Shown: one piece after another, positions 28,575-39,164 of the stretch
How positions within the stretch are numbered: position 1 is the first letter of the stretch
Layout of the letters: each line of letters opens with the position of its first letter
Position numbers and translations under genes: made by a program
Origin: Candidatus Dojkabacteria bacterium
Lineage (GTDB): Bacteria > Patescibacteriota > Dojkabacteria > SC72
Reading direction: 5' to 3'
NCBI GenBank assembly: GCA_012513575.1
Contig: JAAZBX010000002.1
Span: forward strand, 104,574 to 168,573
Length of the DNA: 64,000 bases
The notes under the pieces: model-generated
What the model saw: the letters and a program-made list of their open reading frames with translations, nothing else
Told to the model about the DNA's origin: nothing
Databases searched by the model: none

Positions 28575-31481
28575 TTATAAACTGATTTTGCTTATTTCTT
28601 TCATAATCCTATCCGTCTCCTTCAATGCCACTATTATTTTTTGATAATGCTCTATATCCTCATTAGTTAATACCCTTCTTTTTCTATCCTTTAACCATTT
28701 CTGTGCAGGTTGATAACCACCAATATAAAAGTTCCAAACTACTTCAGGAACATTACCAAAGTATTGAGTATCATTAATATATGTATTCCCATCTTTGTAT
28801 ACTACTTTTTCTACCGTATCTGTCCCATCAATAGGGTATGTAGTTATATATTTATTTATCTTTGGTGATTCCATTAGGTGTAGTTCTCTTAATTCTGTAC
28901 CTATCTTTACTAATTTTTTAAATGATTCTTTATCTTTAGGATATGGTACTCTAGGGAAATCTATCTTTAAGAATTCTTTGTATTTTTCTCTATATGTAGG
29001 ACTATGTAATACTGCATATATATAATCAAAGATATCTTCTGGTGTAGTTTTACCTACTATTTCTTCTATTTTAGATACTATCTCAGGGTTTAGGTTAGGG
29101 GTTTTGGTCCCATCATCAAAGTAGAGGTATAGAGGACAACTGTATGTGTGGTTAGTAATCAAATCGCGGTTTACCAAATACCTTGATGCTAAGACTTCAA
29201 CACCATTTAATTTTGATTGCTTTACAATATTTATACCTAGGTTATTTCCCAAAATATAATTTCTCATTAACTTAAGCCTTGCTCGCTGTATTGTATTCGT
29301 ATCATAATAAACATATCTATCATCAAATGGGCGATAATGGATTTTTTTTAATTTTTCTCGCATGGACAAATCCAGATCTTTTGGTAAGAACCCAATATAT
29401 TTCTCATCTTTTCCTGTTGCTAGTCCCATATTATGAAGCGGAAACAAATCTATTATTTTGAAATAATTGTTATATTTATTTATGGAGCTAAAGTTCTTTG
29501 GTGCAAAGAAATAGTATGGTACCTCACAATCTAATATCTTCCAATCAGTCTTTTTCTTATTAAGATACTCAAACTTCTTTTCTCTCGAACCATATAAATC
29601 CATGTGATGTAATTTCCCCAATACTTTTTTTTCTTTGTTTTTCCTTACAAAAATATTAATACTCACACCCTGCATAATATTGAATACATTCTCATCCTTA
29701 CTACCATCAGGAGATACTTCTTTCTTCTTAGAATTCCCGTGTAAATCTAAAACATATATATCATCAAAGGTCTCTAACAAATGCTTTCTCATCTGACGAT
29801 GGATAATCCCATCTATGAAGGAATTATTAGTAATCATTGCAACGACTCCGCTTCCATTTTTTTCAACATAAGACTCTGCGAATCTTATAAATTTAATATA
29901 GTCATCAGAAAGAGGTTGAATATTTTTCTCGTCCAAATTTTGCTTGTATATCTTTATTAGGTTTGTAATCCATTCTCCTTTATTGGACGAGCTAACACTA
30001 TACGGAGGATTTCCTAACACAACCATAATAGGAGTGTCTTTCTTAATCTTTTCTGCTTCCTTAGATTCTTCTGTAATACTTGATGCAAAACCAAAAGAAA
30101 ATAGATCTTCCTGTTTAATCCCTTCTTCTAATGCATTAGTTAAATATATTCCCAATCTCTTGTTGAAATGTATAAACCCTGTCTTTTTAAAAGCAATACT
30201 AAGTTTAAGATGGGCAATGGTATATGGAGCCATCATAAGTTCAAAAGCGTGAATACGAGGTAAAAGATCATGATGAACATATGAAGGCCATCTACCTTTT
30301 TGACCTGAATCTAGAATCTTTTTATATATGAGGTTTATCACGGCACTAATGAAAGTACCTGTACCAGTAGCAGGATCTAATACTTGGACGATATGTTTCC
30401 CATCTGCAGATTTAGAAGTATCGGCTAAACCATTTGGAAGATTGAAATCTTTCTTAAGAATAGTGTCTACTGAATTTACAATGAAGTTTACAACTGGGAG
30501 GGGAGTGTAGTAAGCGCCCATTCTTTTTCTTAATTCAGGGTCATATTCTTGCAAAAAATCTTCATAGAAATGAATAATTGGATCTTTCCCTTCTTTCTTT
30601 TCAAAATACTCTTCTAATAAATATTTTACATCAGCATGTGAGAAAACTTCACATAATTCATTGACGATATATTCTAACCTTTTATCAAAATCCGGCCCTA
30701 CTATATGATCAAAAAAATGTCTTAGAAGTGGATTAGACTGTGGTATTAAATCTCTTGCTTCTTGTCTTGTAAAACTTTCTGGTGATTCGTCATTGTATCT
30801 TGCTGCAAATAGCCCATATACCAATGTTTGCGCATACATATCTGCGAAGGAATCTATTGAAAGATCACTAACAAGTAATTTCTTAAGCATTTCATATACT
30901 TTTGCTATCTCTGTACCCTCTTTAAGATATTCTTTTACATTGTCTCTAATTCTTTGTGCTTTTCCTGCCATTATCTTCGAGAGGTGCGCACCAGACTTTA
31001 TAGGTTCTTTGTATGATTCTATAAATTCTATTAATGTTTGTGCAACATGCTCAAAATTTGAAGGTATTGCTGAGATCGTTCTATGCTTTTTGTCATTCTC
31101 TGCGATCTTTATTGGATCTTGATATCTAATACCATTTCTGTAGAATCTGAACTCGATATAATCAGTTAGTACAAGGTTCGCATAACCATAATATCTACGC
31201 ATTTGGTCAGAATTTTCTATCTTGTCTAATGAAACACCAATATCTTTTGCTTCTATGTAAAGAATTGGTATTTCACCGTTAAAAAGAACGAAATCTGGTT
31301 TGTTCCCATCAATAGCTTTCGCGTCATGATCAATTCTTTTGTTGAATTTTTTTACTTTTACATTATCAAAAACCTTGTTGAGAAGTATTTCAAAGTCAGT
31401 TCTATACCCATATTCGGAAGTTTCCTCATGGGAATATTTCTTGGAAATAGCTGAAAGGTATTCGTTAAAGATTTGTTCCAT
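28575..31481 (-). CDS. Single-polypeptide restriction-modification enzyme (nuclease + N6-adenine MTase + type ISP-like specificity domain, no helicase)
   Basis: KPDF...IEAK PD-(D/E)xK, VLDPATGTGTF motif I, GNPPY motif IV, YIYAVLHSPTYR...DFPRVP C-terminus. Confidence 0.88.
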   Translation of the reverse strand: MEQIFNEYLSAISKKYSHEETSEYGYRTDFEILLNKVFDNVKVKKFNKRIDHDAKAIDGNKPDFVLFNGEIPILYIEAKDIGVSLDKIENSDQMRRYYGYANLVLTDYIEFRFYRNGIRYQDPIKIAENDKKHRTISAIPSNFEHVAQTLIEFIESYKEPIKSGAHLSKIMAGKAQRIRDNVKEYLKEGTEIAKVYEMLKKLLVSDLSIDSFADMYAQTLVYGLFAARYNDESPESFTRQEARDLIPQSNPLLRHFFDHIVGPDFDKRLEYIVNELCEVFSHADVKYLLEEYFEKKEGKDPIIHFYEDFLQEYDPELRKRMGAYYTPLPVVNFIVNSVDTILKKDFNLPNGLADTSKSADGKHIVQVLDPATGTGTFISAVINLIYKKILDSGQKGRWPSYVHHDLLPRIHAFELMMAPYTIAHLKLSIAFKKTGFIHFNKRLGIYLTNALEEGIKQEDLFSFGFASSITEESKEAEKIKKDTPIMVVLGNPPYSVSSSNKGEWITNLIKIYKQNLDEKNIQPLSDDYIKFIRFAESYVEKNGSGVVAMITNNSFIDGIIHRQMRKHLLETFDDIYVLDLHGNSKKKEVSPDGSKDENVFNIMQGVSINIFVRKNKEKKVLGKLHHMDLYGSREKKFEYLNKKKTDWKILDCEVPYYFFAPKNFSSINKYNNYFKIIDLFPLHNMGLATGKDEKYIGFLPKDLDLSMREKLKKIHYRPFDDRYVYYDTNTIQRARLKLMRNYILGNNLGINIVKQSKLNGVEVLASRYLVNRDLITNHTYSCPLYLYFDDGTKTPNLNPEIVSKIEEIVGKTTPEDIFDYIYAVLHSPTYREKYKEFLKIDFPRVPYPKDKESFKKLVKIGTELRELHLMESPKINKYITTYPIDGTDTVEKVVYKDGNTYINDTQYFGNVPEVVWNFYIGGYQPAQKWLKDRKRRVLTNEDIEHYQKIIVALKETDRIMKEISKISL

Positions 31482-31581
31482 ATGCTAGTAATGGTTTATT
31501 TAATTCCTGAATTCAACAAATTATACAATGCTAGCTATAAAAACGATAGGACAGTTATATAATATATGTATGTTAGCAATA

Positions 31582-33318
31582 CTACCAACTTCCACCTCCA
31601 CCTCCTCCTCCACCTCCACCACTTGAGCCACCACTAAAACCACTCCCTCCACTACTAAAACTGCCACCTGAATCAACAGGAGTTGCTATTGTGGAACTAA
31701 TATTCGATACAGAGTTCAAAAGTACCATACTATTAAATGTAGACATATCTCCTGTGTACCAATCTGGAGGGGTAGTGTAGAGGTCTTTAAACTCATTCAT
31801 CCACTTCTTCTCTAAACCAAATAATATGGCATAAGGAAGGAGAGACTCGAAAACACCTCTAAACTTATCTGGATCATTGTGAAATTCAATCCTATGCTTC
31901 TCTGCTGTATTTATATACATCTTAAGACCCAGAAGTTCATAGTAAGCATCATTCCCTTTCTCTGATCTAAAATCCCAGAAAACGGAGATAATAAAAATCG
32001 AGATACCGGTAACAAATAAAGATAATGCAGCAAAAATTGAACCATTAACAAGCATTAATGCAAGGGCCACAGGAGCACCACCTAATGATAAGATACCTAA
32101 AAACGCCAATAATAATCCTTTTTTAGTCTTCTTCTCATCTACAAACCCATTATTTACAGCATCTAATCGTGTTTGCTCCCAAATCGTAGGACCATAGCCA
32201 TATAGATTAGACGTTTTACTCTTTGTACTAATTTCATCTAAAGAACCAAACAACAAATCAAAAAGCTTTTCAGATGAAGGATGGGGAATTATTGGTTCAA
32301 GAATAGTCTTACGCAAAATATACTCTTTCCTTTTCTTTTGCTCTATATCAATAAATCTCTGAATAGCTAAATAGATAATCTCTGCAGTGATATATTTACT
32401 TCTAAGTCGTCCTTTCGATAGTAAATAACTGGCTACAAGTGGATTTAAACCTTTCGGAGGGGTAAAAGATGGTGCTACAGTTTTTTTACGGCTTTTGAGC
32501 TTAGAACCAAATAGGTAGAAGAGAGGAATAAGAAGAAGCGAAGATGAATACAGTATATTATTTCTTTTAATATTTTCATTCTCTTTTTCTAGGACATCAA
32601 CAATAGAACCCTTTGGCATTGATACGGCTATTGTAATAGCCTCATTTTCTCTTAGTGGTGCGGTATTGGTTAATAGAAGAGAGGTGTCGGACTCTTTTGT
32701 AATTTGGCAATTAGTACCTGTAGAGCCATAAACTCCGGTATAGCAAACTGTATCCTGAATTACTCCTGGAACATTTATCTTTGCCTCGACGCTGTTAATT
32801 GGAACTGTCCATCCAGTACCAATTATGTTCCAATACAGTTCGTCATGGTCTTCAAAATAGTTTATTCCGTTTTTCACGGTATAGTCGATCTCATAAATAT
32901 AAAGACCAGTAATTGTCCTATCTGCATCTCCAATTCTTAAAACGACTTCATCGTTAAGATTTACCTCTTTAGAATATGAATTGCCAATACTAGCAGGGCT
33001 ATCGCTAGGGTAATACAAGATTGAGTTTATTTTGATGCTAGTAGGTGTTTTGAGACGGTTCCCTTCACTTCTTTTGTTAATAGGGACATTTCTATATATT
33101 CCATGCTTTGGGGTTGAGAAGTAGTAGTGAATCCTCTCTTTTATCCTAATATCTGAATTTGTTTGAAGAGATAAACTGATTTCAAACTTCTCAACTACCT
33201 CAGGCTTATATACAGAGGGGGAGTTAGTAATCTGAGGATTTTGCCCATATGCTAAGGAGGGTATGAATAAACCTACAGAAAAAATAATACCTAAAAATAT
33301 TAGCAGTATTTTCTTCAT
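31582..33318 (-). CDS. DUF2207 family membrane protein
   Basis: HGIYRNVP, DELYWNIIG, LLPYAILFG, Gly-rich tail GGGGGGSW. Confidence 0.9.
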   Translation of the reverse strand: MKKILLIFLGIIFSVGLFIPSLAYGQNPQITNSPSVYKPEVVEKFEISLSLQTNSDIRIKERIHYYFSTPKHGIYRNVPINKRSEGNRLKTPTSIKINSILYYPSDSPASIGNSYSKEVNLNDEVVLRIGDADRTITGLYIYEIDYTVKNGINYFEDHDELYWNIIGTGWTVPINSVEAKINVPGVIQDTVCYTGVYGSTGTNCQITKESDTSLLLTNTAPLRENEAITIAVSMPKGSIVDVLEKENENIKRNNILYSSSLLLIPLFYLFGSKLKSRKKTVAPSFTPPKGLNPLVASYLLSKGRLRSKYITAEIIYLAIQRFIDIEQKKRKEYILRKTILEPIIPHPSSEKLFDLLFGSLDEISTKSKTSNLYGYGPTIWEQTRLDAVNNGFVDEKKTKKGLLLAFLGILSLGGAPVALALMLVNGSIFAALSLFVTGISIFIISVFWDFRSEKGNDAYYELLGLKMYINTAEKHRIEFHNDPDKFRGVFESLLPYAILFGLEKKWMNEFKDLYTTPPDWYTGDMSTFNSMVLLNSVSNISSTIATPVDSGGSFSSGGSGFSGGSSGGGGGGGGGGSW

Positions 33319-33325
33319 TCCGTAT

Positions 33326-33871
33326 TTAGAATTTTACCTCAACATTCTTCTGTTCCTCTTGGGACGCTTCAAAGAAATCTACTTTCTTGTATCCGAAGAG
33401 CTGAGCAATTAGATTGGTTGGGAATACAACAAGGGATGTATTGAAATCTCTTGCAGCACCATTGTAGTACCTTCTGGATTTCTGAATTCCTTCTTCAAGC
33501 TCTTTTAAGGTTGTTTGAAGTTGAATGAAATTGGTATTGGCTTTTAAGTCTGGATAGTTTTCTGCAACAGCAAAGATTTTTGAGATAGCACTGGTTAGTC
33601 CCTCTTCTAGTTTCATTTTCTCAGGGAGAGTACCTGCAGACATTGCTTTTGTCCTCATTTCAGTAACCATTGCTAACGTAGCACTTTCATGTTTTGCATA
33701 TCCTTTAACCATCTCAACAAGGTTTGGTATCATGTCGTATCTTTGTTTGAGAAACGTTTCAATATCTGAGGAAGCCTCTTCTACCATAACCTTTAATTTC
33801 GCAAGTTTATTGTAGATTCCAATAAAGGCGAGAAATAGAACAGCAACCACACCTAAGATTCCGTATAACAT
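33326..33871 (-). CDS. lemA: LemA family protein
   Basis: RYDMIPNLVE, AENYPDLKAN, RRYYN, FPTN. Confidence 0.95.
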   Translation of the reverse strand: MLYGILGVVAVLFLAFIGIYNKLAKLKVMVEEASSDIETFLKQRYDMIPNLVEMVKGYAKHESATLAMVTEMRTKAMSAGTLPEKMKLEEGLTSAISKIFAVAENYPDLKANTNFIQLQTTLKELEEGIQKSRRYYNGAARDFNTSLVVFPTNLIAQLFGYKKVDFFEASQEEQKNVEVKF

Positions 33872-33945
33872 GTTAAGTAAGAATAAAATTAATACTTGAT
33901 TGTAAGAATAATTACCTCAGCTGTCAACAAATTCCACATCTGTTT

Positions 33946-34119
33946 CTACCTAAGATATTTCTTTAGTTTGTTGTACTGACCCTTAGTTAGAAATATCCTA
34001 TGTACATCTTTATCATCCGTGTCTCCGGTGAGAGTAGCAGTATCCGATATCCCCCAATTAACAATTTTCATAGTTACTATATTTATATCTATGAAAAAAT
34101 ATTCACTATCTTTATTCAT
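33946..34119 (-). CDS. 57-aa hypothetical protein
   Basis: Hand translation MNKDSEYFFIDINIVTMKIVNWGISDTATLTGDTDDKDVHRIFLTKGQYNKLKKYLR*; fills the tRNA-lemA gap on the same strand. Confidence 0.55.
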   Translation of the reverse strand: MNKDSEYFFIDINIVTMKIVNWGISDTATLTGDTDDKDVHRIFLTKGQYNKLKKYLR

Positions 34120-34157
34120 AGTTAATTAAATATATATCAAATTATTTTTAATTGGAA

Positions 34158-34251
<94 letters not shown>

Positions 34252-34303
34252 ATAAACAGTTTCCAATTATACTTCATTCAATTAATATATGCTAGAATAG
34301 TAT

Positions 34304-35173
34304 ATGTACCTAGGTATTCATGTATCATCATCAGGTGGTATACAAAACTCAATAACTAATGGTGAGAAGTATGGAGTAAATAGTATCCAAATTATGCCAA
34401 CCGCACCCATGAGGTGGGCAACAAAACTAATCACTGATGAACAGATTGATATATTTCTAGATACTTTAGAGAAATCTAGTATAAAGAAGATATTGATACA
34501 TGGAATATACCTAACTAACCTTGCAAGAGAAGACAAACAGCTATTTCATCTTGGGAAAATGGGATTGGTAGTATATTTAGATTTTGCTGAAAAAGTAGCT
34601 AAGGGTATACGGGAAAGAAAAATTGATAGCGAAATACTTGGTGTATGTTTTCACCCTGGTTCTCAAAAAGAACTCTCCTATGAAGATAGTCTAGAAAGAA
34701 TCTCTTACGGAATGCAGTGGGTATTAGATGAGGTAAAGGGAAGTCAGAAACTACTAATTGAAACTACAGCAGGAACAGGTGGAAATCTAGGTAGAAATTT
34801 TACAGAATTAAGGTTGATGAGAGAAGGAGTCAAGGACAAACAGAGAATTGGTTTTGTAATGGATACTGAACATACATATGCATCTGGTTATGATTGGGTG
34901 AATAATTTTGATGGCGTAGTAGAGGATATGGATAGGGAGCTGGGTATACGAAATGTTAAAGCAATACACCTTAATGATTCTATGGTTGAGTGTGGGAGCA
35001 ACAAGGATAGACATGCAAATTTAGGAGAGGGAAAGCTAGGGGAGAATACAATTTCAAAAATATTGCACTATAAGAGATTTAAGGACACACCTTTTATACT
35101 CGAGACCCCAGCACTTAAAGGAGATGCTACAATCCCAGATGAGGTAAAGATGCTTATGAAATTAGCAAAATAA
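34304..35173 (+). CDS. nfo: Endonuclease IV (AP endonuclease)
   Basis: GIHVS, HGIYLTNL, FHPG, IETTAG, DTEH, IHLNDS, DRH, ILETP. Confidence 0.93.
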   Translation: MYLGIHVSSSGGIQNSITNGEKYGVNSIQIMPTAPMRWATKLITDEQIDIFLDTLEKSSIKKILIHGIYLTNLAREDKQLFHLGKMGLVVYLDFAEKVAKGIRERKIDSEILGVCFHPGSQKELSYEDSLERISYGMQWVLDEVKGSQKLLIETTAGTGGNLGRNFTELRLMREGVKDKQRIGFVMDTEHTYASGYDWVNNFDGVVEDMDRELGIRNVKAIHLNDSMVECGSNKDRHANLGEGKLGENTISKILHYKRFKDTPFILETPALKGDATIPDEVKMLMKLAK

Positions 35174-35190
35174 TTTTAATATGAAAATAT

Positions 35191-35328
35191 ATGAAAGAAA
35201 AAGATAGAAAAAAGATACTAAAATTTCTTGAAATACTACCCAATCCTAAGGTCTTATCCCTAATTGCAATTACGATAATCTTGGGGGTCATATTTTACAT
35301 CTTAATCTTATCCTCTCTAACAAAGTAA
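35191..35328 (+). CDS. 45-aa single-TM small protein
   Basis: MKEKDRKKILKFLEILPNPKVLSLIAITIILGVIFYILILSSLTK*; stop overlaps the helicase ATG (TAATG). Confidence 0.6.
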   Translation: MKEKDRKKILKFLEILPNPKVLSLIAITIILGVIFYILILSSLTK

Positions 35329-38300
35329 TGGGACAAGTAAACCTAAACGAAAAGCAGAAACAAGCAGTAGAATTCAATAAAGGAGATTTACTGATAATTG
35401 CAGGAGCAGGAACGGGAAAAACATCTGTAATAACCGAAAGAATCATACATATCATTAATAGTGGATGGGCAAAACCCTCAGAAATTCTTGCATTAACCTT
35501 TACCGAAAAAGCAGCACAGGAAATGCAAACAAGGATTGATGAAAGAATGGAATACGGATATGACGAACCGTACATATCTACATTTCATTCCTTCTGTGAC
35601 CATATCCTTAGGAATGAGGGATACAACATAGGTCTTGATGGGAGCTACTCACTACTTAGCACCGCTCAAGCATACATTTTTTTAAGAAAACACCTTTATG
35701 ATATGCCATTTAAAACCCTTCTTCCAAAGGGAAATCCTACGAAATTTCTAAATGATTTCCTTAAACATGTAAGCCGACTTCAAGATGAGGACGTATCACC
35801 TGAAGAGTATGAAAAGTATGCAAAATCTCTTCCTAAATCAACTGACGATTTGAAGGAGGAATATACAAGGGTAAATGAGTTAGCACAGGGGTACAAAAAG
35901 TATTCAGAGTTAAAAATTGCGGAATCAAAGGTCGATTTCGGAGATTTAATACTACTTACGATAAAGCTCTTTAGAGAAAAGCCAAATATTCTCGCTAAAT
36001 ATCGAAACAAATACAAATATATACTTGTAGATGAGTTCCAGGATACAAACTACACACAAAATGTTTTAGTAAATATTCTTAAAGGAGATGGAAAGACTCC
36101 ATTTCTAACCGTAGTGGGGGATGACGATCAGGCCATATACAAATTTAGAGGTGCTGCAATCTCAAATATACTTCAATTCAAGGAAAGATATCCAAAAGCA
36201 TTTGAGATTGTATTAACTGAAAACTATCGTTCAAAACAGGAGATACTTGATTCTGCACATACTTTAATCCGACATAATGACCCAAATCGTCTTGAAGTTA
36301 CCGAGAGGATAGACAAAAGCCTTGTTGCACGAGGAGTATTTGAAGACGATAGAAACTCTGTCCAACTAATGGTCTCTCAATATGAGTCAATTGAAGCAGA
36401 GAGGGTAGCTGAGGAAATTATGAAATTAACAGGGTATGGAGAGTTGGTAAAATTAAGGGAAGATAGAGACAGTCAAACATTTGACGAGAAAGGTCAATCA
36501 ACATTTTTAGATAGTCAAACTCCTGGAAAAGATGCAAAATACAAATTCTCAGATATCGCTATCCTTGTAAGAGCTAATTCAAATGCTGATATATTTGTTC
36601 AGGAATTTAGGAATAGAGGTATAAGGTACAAGCTGGGGGGCTCAAGAGGTTTGTATTTCAGAGAAGAGATAAAGAATTTGATTGCTTTTCTTAGAGTGCT
36701 TACGGATTTTACGGATGAAGTGTCAATGTACAAACTTCTTACCATGGGTATTTGGAACTTCTCTCCAAGGGAGTATATGGAATTAATACAATTAGCAAGA
36801 ATGGAGAAGTTAACACTTCTTGAACTCCTCGAGGCAGAGTGGAAGATAAAGATAGGGGAAGAGAGTTTTAGTGAGGGAGATTTTAAGGAAATTGATAGCA
36901 AGATAATGGATAAAATACTTTCTCCTCAAGCTATTGCAGGAGTAAGTACTCTCCTTATGCTTCTTGATACAAGCATGAAAAAGATTAAAGAGGGTAGGTC
37001 TCTCGTAGAAATACTTTATGATTTTGTCATGAACAGTAGATATGTGGGAGAATTTCTAGACAAGGAGACACCAGAGAGTATCTTTGCGATTTCAAATATT
37101 AACAAGTTCTTCGAATTAGTAAAAAACTATGAAAAGGACAATCCTGATTCCAATATCTATGAATATGTAGATTACCTTAATTACAGTATTCAAATTGGAG
37201 AATCACCTTTAGTCGATTCTGTTGATATGGATGAGTTAAATGCTGTTAACATTATGACAGTACATTCAGCTAAAGGTTTGGAGTTTCCAGTTGTATTTTT
37301 AGTAAATCTTGTATCAGAGAGGTTTCCTACAAAAGCAAGGGGAGATGCTTTGCCCATACCGGATGAATTAATTAAAGAAACAGGGATTGAAAACCTTGAT
37401 GAAAAAGAGGCAAATATTCAGGAGGAGAGAAGACTCTTCTATGTTGGAGCGACAAGAGCAAAAGAGAAATTGTATCTTACCGCCTCTAATTTCTATGGAG
37501 ATGCAAAGAGAAAGAAAAAACCAAGTATTTTTCTCCATGAAATTCTTGATAGAAGTGTAGATGAAGATTTCAAAGAGAAGGTGCAAGTTAATGATTTTAC
37601 TGATGATATAATACATTTAACTTCTATTGAAGGTTTGGATCAATCAATAATCCCATCCAAAGACATAATGAATATAGTAAAAAGATTTAGTTACTCTCAA
37701 CTTAATGTGTATGAGAGCTGTCCTAGGAAGTATGAATATGCATATGTTTTACGTATTCCAACAAAAGGAAATGCTTCAACAGCTTTTGGAACTACAATTC
37801 ACAATACACTTAAGGATTTCTATACTCTTCTTCAAAGGTCTAAGGAGAGTTTAGGTGGAATTGTGCAAGCCCCAACGAAAGACGATCTGCTCGCATTGTA
37901 TGGGAAGAACTGGGTAAGAAGCGGCTATGAGAGTAAGAAACAGGAGGAGATTAGAAAAAAAGAGGGGAGAAAGATAATGGGGCAGTATTTTGATAAGGTG
38001 TTCTCTCTTGAAGAGAGCCCTTTACGATTAGAGGAGTCATTCAGTGTTCATTTCGCAGATGTAGTATTCAGTGGGAAGATTGACAGGATAGATTTGATTA
38101 AATCGGGCGAAGGTATCCAAGAGGTTTGTATCGTGGATTACAAAACCGGCTCAGAGAAGAGTGCAAGTGACATTAAGAAGGATTTACAGTTACCTCTTTA
38201 TGCTTTGGTAGCGGAAGAGAAATTTGGCTTGAAAGTAGTTGGTGCCAAATATGTATTTGTAGAAACAGGCAACTGTGTCGATGTAAATGTATCTCAGGAC

Positions 38301-38432
38301 AGAAGGGAAGAGGCAAAAGAAAAATTGATTGAATCACTTGAGAGTGTTAAGAAGGGAAATTTCAAAGCAACACCTGGGTTTGTATGCAGATTCTGTGATT
38401 TTAACTCTATTTGTGAGTACGCCGATTTATAG
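35328..38432 (+). CDS. UvrD/PcrA-like SF1 helicase fused to a PD-(D/E)xK nuclease with four Cys (AdnB/AddAB-like)
   Basis: AGAGTGKT, VDEFQD, GDDDQAIYKFRGA, TVHSAKGLEF, EERRLFYVGATRA; CPRKY...GKIDRID...VDYKTG...CRFCDFNSIC. Confidence 0.92.
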   Translation: MGQVNLNEKQKQAVEFNKGDLLIIAGAGTGKTSVITERIIHIINSGWAKPSEILALTFTEKAAQEMQTRIDERMEYGYDEPYISTFHSFCDHILRNEGYNIGLDGSYSLLSTAQAYIFLRKHLYDMPFKTLLPKGNPTKFLNDFLKHVSRLQDEDVSPEEYEKYAKSLPKSTDDLKEEYTRVNELAQGYKKYSELKIAESKVDFGDLILLTIKLFREKPNILAKYRNKYKYILVDEFQDTNYTQNVLVNILKGDGKTPFLTVVGDDDQAIYKFRGAAISNILQFKERYPKAFEIVLTENYRSKQEILDSAHTLIRHNDPNRLEVTERIDKSLVARGVFEDDRNSVQLMVSQYESIEAERVAEEIMKLTGYGELVKLREDRDSQTFDEKGQSTFLDSQTPGKDAKYKFSDIAILVRANSNADIFVQEFRNRGIRYKLGGSRGLYFREEIKNLIAFLRVLTDFTDEVSMYKLLTMGIWNFSPREYMELIQLARMEKLTLLELLEAEWKIKIGEESFSEGDFKEIDSKIMDKILSPQAIAGVSTLLMLLDTSMKKIKEGRSLVEILYDFVMNSRYVGEFLDKETPESIFAISNINKFFELVKNYEKDNPDSNIYEYVDYLNYSIQIGESPLVDSVDMDELNAVNIMTVHSAKGLEFPVVFLVNLVSERFPTKARGDALPIPDELIKETGIENLDEKEANIQEERRLFYVGATRAKEKLYLTASNFYGDAKRKKKPSIFLHEILDRSVDEDFKEKVQVNDFTDDIIHLTSIEGLDQSIIPSKDIMNIVKRFSYSQLNVYESCPRKYEYAYVLRIPTKGNASTAFGTTIHNTLKDFYTLLQRSKESLGGIVQAPTKDDLLALYGKNWVRSGYESKKQEEIRKKEGRKIMGQYFDKVFSLEESPLRLEESFSVHFADVVFSGKIDRIDLIKSGEGIQEVCIVDYKTGSEKSASDIKKDLQLPLYALVAEEKFGLKVVGAKYVFVETGNCVDVNVSQDRREEAKEKLIESLESVKKGNFKATPGFVCRFCDFNSICEYADL

Positions 38433-38444
38433 TATAATGCGATG

Positions 38445-38789
38445 ATGATTAATATTTTTCTTACAATTAATAATTTTTTGGTTCAAAGAGCATATGCGCA
38501 GAGTATAGGGGCAAGCTTAGAAGAGGGTTTGTCTGTTGATTCTGACACCAACGTGGATAGCTTGTTAGAAAGAATTGTGAGGATAGCTGTTCCTGTTGCA
38601 GTTATTTCAGCATTTGTTCTTCTGTCTTATGGGGGATATTTGCTAATCTCAAGTCAAGGGAATCCAGATAAATTGCAGGAAGCAAGATCTATTATTACCA
38701 ATGCAATTATCGGACTTTTAGTTGTTGTCCTTTCAGTAGCTATACTTTTGATAATTAGTGGGACTTTTGATTTAAATATATTTAATTAA
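38445..38789 (+). CDS. VirB2/TrbC-like pilin 1
   Basis: Signal RAYA|Q; GGYLLISSQGNPDKLQEARSIITNAIIGL hairpin. Confidence 0.8.
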   Translation: MINIFLTINNFLVQRAYAQSIGASLEEGLSVDSDTNVDSLLERIVRIAVPVAVISAFVLLSYGGYLLISSQGNPDKLQEARSIITNAIIGLLVVVLSVAILLIISGTFDLNIFN

Positions 38790-38794
38790 AAAAT

Positions 38795-39100
38795 ATGGTA
38801 AACATTTCAAGACTTCTATCAACATTTGGATTGGCCTCACTTGATGGGAATACTGATAATATAGATAGTGTATTAGAAAACAAAATCAAGCCTGGTTTGA
38901 ACTGGATAGTCGCAATGGCAGTGGTTGCTGCTGTGGCTATGATTATTGTCGCAGGGTATAACCTAATCACTTCTAACGGAGATCCCGAAAAGATACAAAA
39001 GGGAACAAAAGGTATAACAGCAGCGATCATTGGTCTGGTAATTGCTTTCTCTGCAAGAATAATCTTAGTGTTTATTTTAGAGAAATTAGGTCTTCAATAG
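38795..39100 (+). CDS. VirB2/TrbC-like pilin 2
   Basis: AGYNLITSNGDPEKIQKGTKGITAAIIGL. Confidence 0.8.
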   Translation: MVNISRLLSTFGLASLDGNTDNIDSVLENKIKPGLNWIVAMAVVAAVAMIIVAGYNLITSNGDPEKIQKGTKGITAAIIGLVIAFSARIILVFILEKLGLQ

Positions 39101-39164
39101 TATTGTTTTTTAAATTATACTATTGTACTATTTGTTAGGCTTAAATAAATTAATTCATTACTAA

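Noticed and set aside
31585-31670. (CCA/CCT)n low-complexity repeat
   Set aside because: It simply encodes the Gly/Ser tail typical of DUF2207 proteins
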